Origin: Paramoeba atlantica | Taxonomy: Eukaryota > Protista > Discosea | NCBI GenBank assembly: GCA_977017575.1 | Contig: CDRNVI010000069.1 | Coordinates: 387,664-451,663 of the forward strand | DNA length: 64,000 bases | Direction of reading: 5' to 3' | Shown: positions 18,586 to 29,067 of the stretch, piece by piece | Layout of the letters: each line of letters opens with the position of its first letter | How positions within the stretch are numbered: position 1 is the first letter of the stretch | Position numbers and translations under genes: made by a program | The notes under the pieces: generated by a model | What the model was told of the DNA's origin: nothing | The model's input: only the letters and a program-made list of their open reading frames with translations | The model's database searches: none

Positions 18586-19073
18586 AGTTAGCATAAATAA
18601 TGATCGCAGGCACCGCAGACCTGAATATCAAGAACACCATATGCAGTGTTGTATTTTGATTTTTGAGGTGACATGCATCACGCAAGAGACGTGCACTCCT
18701 CAGCAGGAAGAAGGAAACTTCCTGTCTCTTCAGTTTGTCGGAGCGTAAATGGGTTATCCGTTTTTTTTTTTTTTTTTTTTTTTTGCGTCGGTTCTTGGAG
18801 CCCCGTACAGAGGAGGATACTTATGGCTTCTAGATTTAGCTTTAATTTCTTTAGAATGGATTTCTTACACTCGTTTTTTAATATATAGTTAGAGATGTGC
18901 GGTTGTAGTTTTCATACATAGATTATGATTATCACACTAAACACTTAATTCTTGCACCTTCCTGTCGGCCAGGTGACTACGAAGCTGCGCATACACTTCG
19001 AGCACTCCTGAAAATAAGCGTTCCAGGAAATGAAACCACCAACTCCTCAATAATCTAACGTAAATTGAAGGTA

Positions 19074-20227
19074 TTTTTTTTTTTTTTTATTCTATTAGAA
19101 TTTCCCTGAGTTGGTGATCTCAGGCTACTATTGAAAAGGGAATGTTATGGTCTTTCGGTTTTATATAACAATATCTTCATATAGTCGAACGTGTACGAGC
19201 TGCCGTCATATGTTAAGAATTTGGGTTTTCTCAAATACCCGTAAATTTAGATTACAAATTTTACTTTAAAGAGACTTTAAATATATCTTATAGGCGCAAT
19301 TCACTCATCCACTTCTCTGCTGGAATGTAGTCTCGGAGCTGCGACACTACCGTGTACGCTGACATTTTTTCGATTTCGAGCTGGAAAGCATTGCGCACGC
19401 TTTCATATTTAAGTTTCGCTCTTTGTGAGAGAGCCTTCAGCAACGCCTTAGTATCGTCATGTAGAAGGCCGCAATCTGTTGCAGCCAGACACTTAAACGA
19501 ATCGCTATCGACACCCTTCTCAGTAACGTATTTCTTATATTTTCTGTCGGAGACCTGCTGCATAAGGGCAGAGCTGGTGTGTTTTGCGTAGCTTGAGCAG
19601 CACGTATGTACTATTGTGAAGTCGTAGAGTACCTCACCCATGTGAGGCCACATGATGGCCAGATCTGGACCTGAACGAATACGGCGTGCTTTGCAAGGAT
19701 GTTGCGCGGCGACATCTGCTGAGATAGTGCACTTACATTTAGTGCAATGATACGAGGAGTAGATGCGGGGTTCGATCACGCTAGGAAGGCCTGCTTTTGA
19801 GCACAACTCTGAGAGATACCGGACGATATGTGAATGTTTGCGTGTGGAGTTCATCCCGGAGCATCGTTATCCGTGCTCATCAACAAACCTCCGAGACAAG
19901 AAGTCTCACTTTCCTCTGCTTCAGAGTACACAATCTCATCACTTACCCATTGAAAGCATTCCGCAACACTCTCCATCTTTCCAGTTTGCCGGAGCGTAAG
20001 TGGGTTTTCCGTGCTCATCAACAAACCTTCAAAATGAAGAGTGTCTCGTCCTGCTTTCAACGAGCACATGATCTTTTTGCATGCGCATGCCACACTCAGT
20101 GCCTTTTTCACCTTTCCAGTGTCGTTTGCTTCGGAGCGCGGGCGAAAGCGAGGGTCCTCCGACGATGTGACATTTGAAAGGATCATAAAAGGAATAAAAA
20201 TCAACAAGGTACAACAAGGTACAGAAA
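19074..20227 (-). mobile_element. Short non-autonomous CRE-like copy: SL fragment, short 5' segment, RLE C-terminus, 3' UTR, poly(A)
   Basis: SL 3' end with a 10-nt duplication at 20202-20227. ORF 19288-19854 has KHSHIV, CTKC...HPC, RSGPDLAI, YDFTIVH, RKYKKY. T-run at 19074-19088. Confidence 0.7.
19288..19854 (-). pseudogene. Restriction-like endonuclease C-terminal fragment
   Basis: Closely similar to the C-termini of 38467-40080 and 60092-61369. Confidence 0.85.
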
Positions 20228-21052
20228 TTTTTCTGTGGCCACAGAAATTTTTCTGTGTACAGAAAATTTCTGCGTGGCCGCCACCGGTCTCTGAGTGGCC
20301 GCCACCGGGCTTTGCGTAGTTCTTTCTTGTGCCTGTGGGGATACCGCTCGGGCGTAAGAAATTTGTTTCTGGCTCACGGTGTTGGGCGACGTGTCAATGT
20401 CCCCCCCAATAATTCGTATTCGCGGGCGGTTCCCGTTCTTCGCCTCTTTTGGTCCATCACAGTTCATGAGATTCAGCCTCTTGCCAAGGCGACGAAATAT
20501 ATTGGACGGCAGGTGTGCAGTTTTAATTTTAACCGTGGACCCGTTTCCTTCTGTCATGCCACTGTTTTGCTGGTTCCCACGTTTGGGGTGTGCCTTCGGA
20601 GACGGAGGTGTTATTGAATTTGGAAGCGGAGGTGGCGGAGAGAGCGGCTCCCGAGGCAGGGGTAGGGTCGACTGCTGGGGCGGTTGCGGAGGCGACTGCG
20701 GAAGTGGTGACTGCGTAGGTCGCGATTGCGGGGGTTGAGGGGGGGGAGGGGCCTGCGGTGGAGGAGCGTTCGGCGATGAGTTCTGTGGGGGCGTGTCGCT
20801 CGGCGGCTTGTCGGGAAATTTCTTCTGTGATGACAAAGGCGGCAATTGCGTCGCTGGCGCGGCTCGAGGAGGTGGGGAATTCTGTGCGGGTGGAGCGCCA
20901 CGTGGGGGAGAGTTCGGAGCGACCGGCGCCGATTTCTTTCTGCGGCGGGCTGGGGCTAGAGGCAAAATCTCGGGAGCTACTCCTGATTCTTTCGCCTTGG
21001 AGCGAGTTACCACTCCCATTGAAGAGTAAACGATTAGAAAATAATCAACAAG
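20228..21052 (-). pseudogene. 5' fragment of a CRE-like element (SL remnant, UTR, Pro-rich N-terminus)
   Basis: CTTGTTG at 21046-21052, 26-nt UTR, ATG 21019 (MGVVTRSKAKE), Pro-rich run, then PRIRII as in the ORF at 2091. Confidence 0.75.
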
Positions 21053-21199
21053 ACAATCGAAGAACGCGTTCTGGAAGTTTAATGAATTTCTCCTCTCCAT
21101 GCTTGCCTCAATTCTCGTAGCAGATTCCGATGCTGACTCGAGATTGTTGTTTCCGTTCTCTCGCGTATGATTCTCCGATGACAATGGTGCCGTTCCGGA

Positions 21200-22227
21200 T
21201 GCAAAGCTATACTCAATAGCAAGACTGCACTAACACACATACCGGGATGCGTACGCTGTCCGGGATTCAACGCCACAGCAAAGCACAACGCCCTAGTTCA
21301 ATTTGTGTACAAATTGTGTCAAAAAGCCGGTTTACCGAGTGAAAAGGAACCAAGAGCACTCAGCACCTGGAGTTGTTACACGTGTCATCGAACAGTCGAC
21401 TTCGAAGCCAGAATACTTCATGAAAAAACTTGCACTGGCAGACGATATCATCGCTCAGGACCGGATATAGTAATATATTGGAACACTGGTGAAGTTTTTT
21501 ATGATCTCACAGTTATCCACAATCTCGCACCATCCAATATTCACCGTACGTCCAAGCAACTATTTGCCGATGCAATTCAACGCAAACGAGGCACATACGT
21601 GGCGACAGGTCTAATCCCAGAAGAAAACTTCATGTGCATTCCCGTACTAGCCTCTGGGTCTTTACATAGCAACACCAGACTACTGCTACATGCGATTGCC
21701 GACGCTACCCTTGCGGTGCGACAGGACACGGAAATGGAATTCAAGTTGCTTGTTCAAGAACTGGCGGGTACTCAGGTATACTCACAGCTACGTCAGCACC
21801 TGAGTCACACAAACAAAGAGTGCGAAAGTTTGTATTAAGTATCGCAGAAGGACCCAACTTTACAACTAGAATATAACAAAGCTTGCATAGTCGCGTAAGC
21901 TTCAAACATAACACCCCCACTATTGGGGGGTAGCGCCATTAACAGGTTAGCTTATTTATCTATTTATCTATTTATCTATTTATTTGTAAGTCCTGTTCTA
22001 GTTGTTATTTTGTTACGTTTTGGTACCTTGATAATTCGTCAGATAGATATAGTTTATTGGAAACTAAAAAAAAAAAAATTCGACAGGGAAACTGAGAGGG
22101 TGGCTGAAACGTACGGCAAGCCCTTCAGCTCGAAATCGAAAAGATGACGGCATACACGGTTGTTTCGCAACTTCGTCATTACATCCCGAAGGAGAACTGG
22201 ATCAAAAAAAAAAAAAAAAAAAAAAAA
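21200..22227 (+). pseudogene. 3' fragment of a CRE-like element (Zn finger, RLE, 3' UTR, poly(A))
   Basis: THIPGCVRCPGFNATAKHNALV, EPR, RSGPDIVI, YDLTVIH; stop at 21838; A-runs near 22067 and at 22204-22227. Confidence 0.8.
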
Positions 22228-22306
22228 CGATAAAGATACAGTTTCTGTACCTTGTTGTTTCTGTACCTTGTTGATTTCTTTTCCCTTTATATCATCCTTA
22301 CGCCCT

Positions 22307-23164
22307 ATGGTGACAACCCGGTCCAAAGCTAAGCAGGGTACCGACTTCCAGCACGAAGCTAGCGCGCACAAACTTGGATCTTGGGATCAATTTGAAGCCA
22401 ATAAAGATCTAGTCGAAGGGGTGAGTACATTCGAGGAGAGTCTTTATACCACGCCACTTCCACCTGATCCCTCATCTGAATTATTGGAGCGCGCTGACAA
22501 GATTGCCTGCGACATTAAGAACTCTACAGAAGGCGAAACGCCAGACACAGGACACCAGAATGCTACCACCGAAGAAGAACTGTTCTCCAGTGTCCGCCCG
22601 ACGGAAAGCCTCGAGTTCCAATTCGAAGGAGCCAATTCCTCTTCACTCAGCCAATTAAAGTCCTCTAGCAAGGCTGTGAAGGAGAAGTACGAGCGCCATA
22701 ACCGCAGGGTAGGCTGTGCCGAATATGACTATGCTGATAACAGGCTAGTTTTTCCTGATCTCACGCCTCCTGATCTTCGCTTCTCAGTAAAGGGTAGCAG
22801 TAAAGGCCGTAAACAGAAGAAACGCCCGAAGGGCATCAATCTTTCTCAGCTGGATGCAGTGTCCGGGGCCGACAGCGAGGAACGCGACAATATAGAGTCC
22901 AGCGCGAATTCACCCGGGCCACGCACTCATGCCACCGGAGTCATGAAAAGCCCGTCTATCAAATTGTCCCAAAAGGAACAGAACACTAACACCCCCACGG
23001 GTAAGCGTAAACGTCACGTGCAGGTGTCGAAACCAGGGCCACGCGATTCCTCAGATACCGAAAGGCTCAATCAACCCCCCAATACCACTCCAGAAAAGCC
23101 ACCTACAGTCAATGGAAACACGCGGAAATGTCCTTCTCAGGGATGTGCATGGCAAGGGTTATGA
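22307..23164 (+). pseudogene. N-terminal part: TRSKAK motif, LsmAD-like domain, first half of a C2H2 finger
   Basis: WDQFEANKDLVEGVSTFEESLYTTPL...ERADKIACDI; ends CPSQGCAWQG, and the finger continues as PHGGQWQSFYNH at 23775. Confidence 0.8.
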
Positions 23165-23624
23165 TCATACGCTCGTGGCGCAGAGATACGTCTCTCTGTG
23201 TGACGGCCGATACCATCGGCGCATGACCCGCATACGACGGGTGTCACACAGAGAGTGGAGTGCGAAGTAGGAGACGAGACGCCCATCGGTCATGCTACAG
23301 CACGTATAGCCATGGTTCATGCTGCAACACGGTCAAGCCGTGGGTTCATGCTGTCAGATGGTCTATCGTGGATCATGATGCATCATGGGGAGGTCCGTTA
23401 CCGCCGCACTCGCTACAGCATGTAGGGAGAGAGGGGTGCAAGTTCGCATCCCCTATACACGCATACAACGTGTCCTCCCGCTGTAGCACGCCCAGTGGTC
23501 CTCAAGGGAGGCCACCATGGCGCATAGCTCCCGGGAGAAGAAAGCACGAGAAGGAGAGAGCCGGGGAGGGAAGAAAGCTCACTCGAAGAGAGCGAGCCGG
23601 GGAGGGGTGAAGAGTGCGAAGTGC

Positions 23625-23768
23625 GTCCCCTACTTCCGCGACAAAGAGGGACAGTTTCAGCTAGCCGGCAGCCGGAAACGGGCATTTAAAAGTAAGAATA
23701 CGCCCGTTTCCGGGAAAAGAAAGGAAGGGCTAGCAAAATGTACCAACAAGGTACAGAAACTGTATCTT
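23625..23768 (-). ncRNA. Spliced-leader RNA gene, 5'-truncated (exon 3' 25 nt plus intron)
   Basis: Exon AAGATACAGTTTCTGTACCTTGTTG (23768-23744) is followed by GT (GTACA). TGTACC/GGTACA pairs across the donor. There is a perfect 12-bp stem (23672-23683/23702-23713), a short single-stranded TGAAACT, and a 3' hairpin at 23625-23652. Confidence 0.72.
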
Positions 23769-23848
23769 GTTGTGCCTCACGGGGGCCAATGGCAATCCTT
23801 TTATAACCACGTATCCCACAGACACGGGGACGAGGTGCCTGATACCTG

Positions 23849-26800
23849 GTGCCTGATACCAAGGAGGGACGTTTCCGATGCAGGGATTGCAACAGGCACT
23901 ACAACCTAAGCAAACAGGTCACCCATGCCGAAAACTGCGCTTTCCGCTGCTCTTCTCCCCCACCTATCTCCGAACCTACACAGACAGGGGGCGACCCGAG
24001 GGACAACCCTGCATTTTTTGCCGCACAAGCCGTCGCCGAACCCCTTCCCTCCCTGGCGTCAATCTGTTCGACACCTCTCAACACATGCAAAGACATTCCC
24101 AACAGCTGTCGCCAGGGGTGGGCGAAAGTCTTCTGTGAGTGTCTCTCTTCCGCTGTACGAGACAATACAGTTGAGGCCTGGACTCTTCTCGCCATGCTAC
24201 CGAAATGCGTACTACCGGCACCTCATCGTGGGGGGAGCAGGGCAAAACTATCGTACGCCTCGCACGTTCGGAAGTGTCTCGCCCGGTGGTCACGGAAAGA
24301 ATTTCTCCCCCTTTGGAACGAAACAATTGCGAGCCTACAACACAAAAAACGCGTCGCACAAGCACAGAGTCCGGAGGACGAGATAACCAAATCTGCTATG
24401 CGAGCTGAAAGACTCGTTCGCGACTCGGAACTATCTCGAGCTATGGCTGCCCTAACCTCTGAACCAGTAGCCCCGTATGACGATGATACTTACACTAAAC
24501 TCCAAGCTAAGCATCCATCCCGACTCGCTACGTCGGTGAAACCCCTCAGTTCTTCGACGGAAATGGGACCAAAACCACTTCGAGCCACAGAGGAAGACGT
24601 AACGCAGGCTCTTGCAACTTTTCACCGGGGGTCATCGGGTGGCGCTTTTGGGCTACGCCCTGAACACGTACAAGTGGCACTAGAGTACCACCATGACGGC
24701 CGTACGGATCCATTGGGTACACTGACCGACTTTACGAACCACATGCTCGCGGGGCAAGTGCCGCTCGAAGTTCAGTGCTATTTCGCTGGAGGCCGCTTAT
24801 GCGCGTTAAAGAAAGGGGAGCGCGACGTGCGGCCAATAGCGGCCGGAGAGACGCTCCGTCGCCTGGTGAGCAAAGTCGCCTGTCTCTCCGCCAAAACAAC
24901 AGCTCGTAAGCTCTTCAAAGGACACCAATACGGTGTGGCCACTCCAGCAGGGTCTGAGCGCGTCATCCATCGATGCAGACAGACATTCGATTCTCACGTT
25001 GATGACAATGACTTCATTCTATGCAAAATTGACCTGAAAAACGCATTTAACCATGTCTCACGGGACTGGATCATTGCCCTTACTCGCGAACACTTTCCCG
25101 CTCTCAGTCACTACGTAGATTGGTGTTACTCTTCGGACAGCCTACTTACTTTCGGAACACGCACCATTCCGTCTTCTGAAGGAGTGCAACAAGGCGACCC
25201 CTTAGGTCCTCTCCTTTTTTCCCTGGTTCTGAGAGAAGTAGCGGCGGAAATTCACGCAGTAGCCCCAATGCTCGATTTGAATCTGTGGTATCTGGACGAC
25301 GGGGTGCTGGCTGGATCATCTGCTGATGTGCGGCACGCATTCGACGTGCTGGAAATCAAAGGACCACAACGGGGACTCCATATCAACGCCGCTAAATGTG
25401 AACTCGCCTTACACCCCTCATCATCTCCTCGCGCCTCCGTTTTCCCTGACATCCCTGGCCCGAATAAAAATTTCGAGGGTAATTTCAACATTTTAGGTAG
25501 CCCAGTCGGATCCACTGAATACTGTCATAAATTCCATTTGGACAATGCCTTCGAACTGGCCCAAGATTCCCTAACCGCTATAACTTTGCTCGAGGATCCC
25601 CAGATCGCTCTCTCCCTCATCCGGCATTGTACAGGCTTCTGCAAGATGGTCTACTCTCTCCGTACCACCCCGACATCTGCACTGCAAGATATTTGTCGAC
25701 GCCTGGACGACACTGTTCAGTCCACTCTCGAAAACTTTTTCCACCCACTTGGCGATGACGCCCGGCGACAGACACAACGAGACAAGCGCTTCGGAGGGCT
25801 AGGGCTCCGTTCAGCAGAGGAACATTCCTCTTCTGCTTACGTGGCCTCCGTGGCATTCGCATCAAGGAAGGATGGCTGGGCCCCCACCGAAGCGAAAGGT
25901 TTCGAAGAAGCAGTGAGCGATGTCAACAATCGCGCTGGACTAAATCTGGTAGACGGCGAAAATGGCACAATACCCAAGAGCATGGTTGTGTCAGATCGTT
26001 CCCTCTTTAGTACTATCGAAGCGAGCGAATCTAGAAATGAAGCGGTAGTTCCCAGACAACGGGATCTCAGTCACTCGATCTCTTCCCAGGAATACAACAA
26101 CGCGCTTAATACCGCTGACCCGCGGACGAGGGCCCGATGGATCTCTGAAACGGGGGAAGGAGCGTCGGAGTGGGCATTTGTTTTGCCTTCCAAGAAGAAC
26201 GGTCACGCATATACCCCGACAGAGTTCCGGATGCTGGTACGCTGGTGGCTTGGGGAGAACATATACCCCGGCACCCGACCTTGCCCCATGGACAAATGCA
26301 CGCAGCCGCTTGGTCCAGAGGGGGATCACGCGATGTCGTGCAAAAGCGGGCATGGTATCATTTCCCGACACAATGCTCTGGCAACACAGTTTGCGGCGGA
26401 GTGTTCCAAGGCCGGGCTCGCCCCCAAACGAGAGGTCAGCCTGGGAAACAAGGGTCCGGGGGGCACCCTCACTAGGCCTGCAGATGTCTTTATAGACAGC
26501 CACCTCGGTCGGTCCCTTGTACTCGACTTCGCTGTCACCCATGTCCAGCAACAAAAGTATACGGACACAGTCCGTGACGCTAACTGGGTGACGGCGGGGT
26601 CGTTCGCGGAACAATATGCCACCGTAAACAAGAGCATGCAACGCGCAGAGGCGACTGCAGCACACTTTAAGTTCGGAGCTATGGTCGTAGAATCCTACGG
26701 CTCGTGGTGTCCCAGCGCAATGTCTGTTCTCCGAGAGGTCGCAGTAGCTAGGGCGGCTAAATCGGGCAGTGACATATCGAAGGGGGCGGCCTTACATCAG

Positions 26801-26914
26801 ATTCTCACAGCTCTGAATGTAACACTGATGAGGTCGCAGGCCCGAATGCTAGTCTTGCGATTACCCGCAACGGGCCCCGACCTGGCTCTCCTGGGGTACG
26901 GGAAGGAAGAGTAG
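23849..26914 (+). CDS. Zn finger-RT-CCHC-RLE portion of the CRE-like polyprotein
   Basis: CRDC...HAENC, RPIAAGE, KIDLKNAFN, GVQQGDPLGP, WYLDD, GGLGL, CPMDKC...HAMSC, RHNA, RPADVF, DFAVTH, VESYG. Confidence 0.9.
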   Translation: MPDTKEGRFRCRDCNRHYNLSKQVTHAENCAFRCSSPPPISEPTQTGGDPRDNPAFFAAQAVAEPLPSLASICSTPLNTCKDIPNSCRQGWAKVFCECLSSAVRDNTVEAWTLLAMLPKCVLPAPHRGGSRAKLSYASHVRKCLARWSRKEFLPLWNETIASLQHKKRVAQAQSPEDEITKSAMRAERLVRDSELSRAMAALTSEPVAPYDDDTYTKLQAKHPSRLATSVKPLSSSTEMGPKPLRATEEDVTQALATFHRGSSGGAFGLRPEHVQVALEYHHDGRTDPLGTLTDFTNHMLAGQVPLEVQCYFAGGRLCALKKGERDVRPIAAGETLRRLVSKVACLSAKTTARKLFKGHQYGVATPAGSERVIHRCRQTFDSHVDDNDFILCKIDLKNAFNHVSRDWIIALTREHFPALSHYVDWCYSSDSLLTFGTRTIPSSEGVQQGDPLGPLLFSLVLREVAAEIHAVAPMLDLNLWYLDDGVLAGSSADVRHAFDVLEIKGPQRGLHINAAKCELALHPSSSPRASVFPDIPGPNKNFEGNFNILGSPVGSTEYCHKFHLDNAFELAQDSLTAITLLEDPQIALSLIRHCTGFCKMVYSLRTTPTSALQDICRRLDDTVQSTLENFFHPLGDDARRQTQRDKRFGGLGLRSAEEHSSSAYVASVAFASRKDGWAPTEAKGFEEAVSDVNNRAGLNLVDGENGTIPKSMVVSDRSLFSTIEASESRNEAVVPRQRDLSHSISSQEYNNALNTADPRTRARWISETGEGASEWAFVLPSKKNGHAYTPTEFRMLVRWWLGENIYPGTRPCPMDKCTQPLGPEGDHAMSCKSGHGIISRHNALATQFAAECSKAGLAPKREVSLGNKGPGGTLTRPADVFIDSHLGRSLVLDFAVTHVQQQKYTDTVRDANWVTAGSFAEQYATVNKSMQRAEATAAHFKFGAMVVESYGSWCPSAMSVLREVAVARAAKSGSDISKGAALHQILTALNVTLMRSQARMLVLRLPATGPDLALLGYGKEE

Positions 26915-27519
26915 CAAGCGGCCAAGAGGTGGAAAACCTCGTGGGCAAGGGTGGGGCGGTAAGTGTCGTGGCTGCTTTGCTTGGTTCCTGGTTCTGCAGG
27001 GGGGTTGTGGCCAGCGTCGGACGGTCCTGCGGGCAATAAGGTCCGGGGTAGTGAGAGAGGTGGCAGGTTGAGGTTTGCTCGTTTCGGGTTTGCTTGGGCA
27101 TAGATTGCTTGTTTTTATTGTTATTGTTTTTATTGTTCTTATACTTACGGGAGATCGAATTGCTAGTTTTGGGCTCCAAAATATGAAATTGCTAATTTGA
27201 TTGCTTGTTAAAAAAAAATCTTATATAAAATTGATAGATAAAAAATTTTTATTATTTTATTATATTTTTATATTATGCTTTTGAAATAGTTTGCGCGCTA
27301 TATACATCCGGATAAAAAAAAAAAAAAAAAAAAATTTTTTTTTTGCGCATCTTAGGGGGAGAAGCCTTTCGGGTCCGTAATACGGACGCGTTGGAAGGCT
27401 TCTTTCACGACTTTAACGTCTTGTTGTAGTATACAATGGAAGTATACAATGCTGCTGTATACTCAAAATAATAGTTTCACGTGTTTTCCGTTCCTTTATT
27501 TATTCACATGTTACTCAAA

Positions 27520-27676
27520 AAAGCAAAACAGTAATAGCCGAATGCTGAAAGCAGCGAAAAAGTGACGACCCAAAGCAGCGAAACGGTGATAACCCAAAGC
27601 AGCGAAACAGTAACAACCAAGAGCTGAAAGCTGCGGAACAATAATCACCAAGCAGCAAAACAAAAATAACCAAAGG
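27520..27676 (+). repeat. Degenerate ~24-bp minisatellite immediately upstream of an SL exon
   Basis: aaagcagcgaaaaagtgacgaccc / aaagcagcgaaacggtgataaccc / aaagcagcgaaacagtaacaacc and further decayed units. Confidence 0.65.
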
Positions 27677-27690
27677 ACTTTTTATAAAGG

Positions 27691-28987
27691 AACATCATTA
27701 ACGATAAAGATACAGTTTCTGTACCTTGTTGTTTTATTACTTTTATTACTACACTTGATGGGCGTGTTTACGCGCGCCAAGGCGAAAGAAACAGGTGTAG
27801 CACCTGACATTTTGCCTCTCCCGGTTAACAAGCGCAAGAAGAAACCAGCGACTCCCCCCTCTGCGCCCCCCTCTGCGTCCCCCGTTGCGCCCCCAGCTGA
27901 GAAACTATCCGAGGAACCACTACCAACACCGCCGCCGCCACCGCAGTTTCCATCGCAGGTGCCGCCGACAGCGCCACCATCGTCGACACTTCACGAGTCA
28001 TCGTCGCAACCAATGCGATCTGCATTGCCACCCTCCCCTCCACTCGCCCCCCCGGCACCCACCATGTTGCGACCGCCGTCGCCTGACATACTGCCCTCTT
28101 CGTCGCTGGCCACTCGGCCGAGCATGCATTCTCTCTCGCGAAGAGCGCGAACGAGGGCGTTGCCCTTACCACCCACACCCCTACCGACAAAGCCGTCACC
28201 ACAATCGCCGCCATCTGTGACGAAGCCACGTTCTTTACCGCCGCCACAGACCCCGCCAGCATCTGTGCTGCCGACTCTGCCTTCATATATGCGTTCACCA
28301 TCGCTTTCGCCGCTGCCTGTTGCTCCACCTTCTCTGCCACAACCCCGTTCACAATGTCACAAGCCCATGTCACACATTCAAAGCACGACAAAAACGCGCC
28401 CTAAGATTAAAGTTGTATTTCGCAAATCGCCTCCCCGAATCCAAACATTCGAAGGACGCCTATCGCAAAACCATGTGGAAGACTCAATAAGTTACCTCTC
28501 AAAGGCACAATCTGGGGATACGACTGCAAGGGTGCAAGGAAAGGAACTACCCTCCTGCGTGGACGAGCTGCCTGCCATTCAAAAGGACAAAGGTCTCCCC
28601 ACAGAGCTGCAAGAACCGCCGCCACCATACAATGTGCACACATACACAATCTTTGAAAACGACCCGCCGTATGAGGAGTCCCGCGACATGACTAGAAACT
28701 ACGTTCCAGCGTGCCCGAAGCGGCGGAATAGACTATTAATCCCAGAAAGGCCACAAACTACCGGCACGATGGGCCTTCGTCCAGAGCACCTCCAGGCAGC
28801 CATCTTGGAACATGTGGACAAGGATGTGAATCCTCTCTCGGCCCTCACGCGGCTGAACCAACGGGCCACTACCACCAAAGGGAGTTACGACTGGCTTATG
28901 TTGACAGCCTTAATAAACACATCCTGTCAAAATTTTTTTTTTTACAGAATTTTTTTTTTTTTAAACGTTGTCTTAATAATTGTATGA
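27691..28987 (+). pseudogene. SL-headed chimeric CRE-like fragment
   Basis: SL 27691/27698-27731, ATG 27758 (MGVFTRAKAKE), Pro-rich region, then in-frame pieces of two other lineages (GTMGLRPEHL...; TTKGSYDW). Confidence 0.75.
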
Positions 28988-29067
28988 TATAAACTGCGAA
29001 TCCTCTTCAAACAATTCTTTTCGTAAACTATGAGACTTCCTACCACGGATTCTCACTGCATATTCCA

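Larger units (their letters stand above)
22226..27334 (+). mobile_element. Full-length LsmAD-type CRE-like element, disrupted by an inverted SL-gene insertion and a small frameshifting duplication
   Basis: SL 22226-22257 plus 16-nt duplication, ATG 22307, ORF pieces 22307-23160, about 23770-23850 and 23849-26914, 3' UTR, poly(A) 27314-27334. Confidence 0.85.

Noticed and set aside
23155-23260. 5S rRNA gene linked to the SL gene
   Set aside because: Only the first ~12 nt look vaguely similar; no internal box C (TTAGTAC) or 5S fold.
27345-27420. Structured ncRNA (GAAGCCTT/AAGGCTTC, GTCCGTA/TACGGAC)
   Set aside because: Reads equally well as the C-terminal codons and 3' end of a minus-strand element; single copy.
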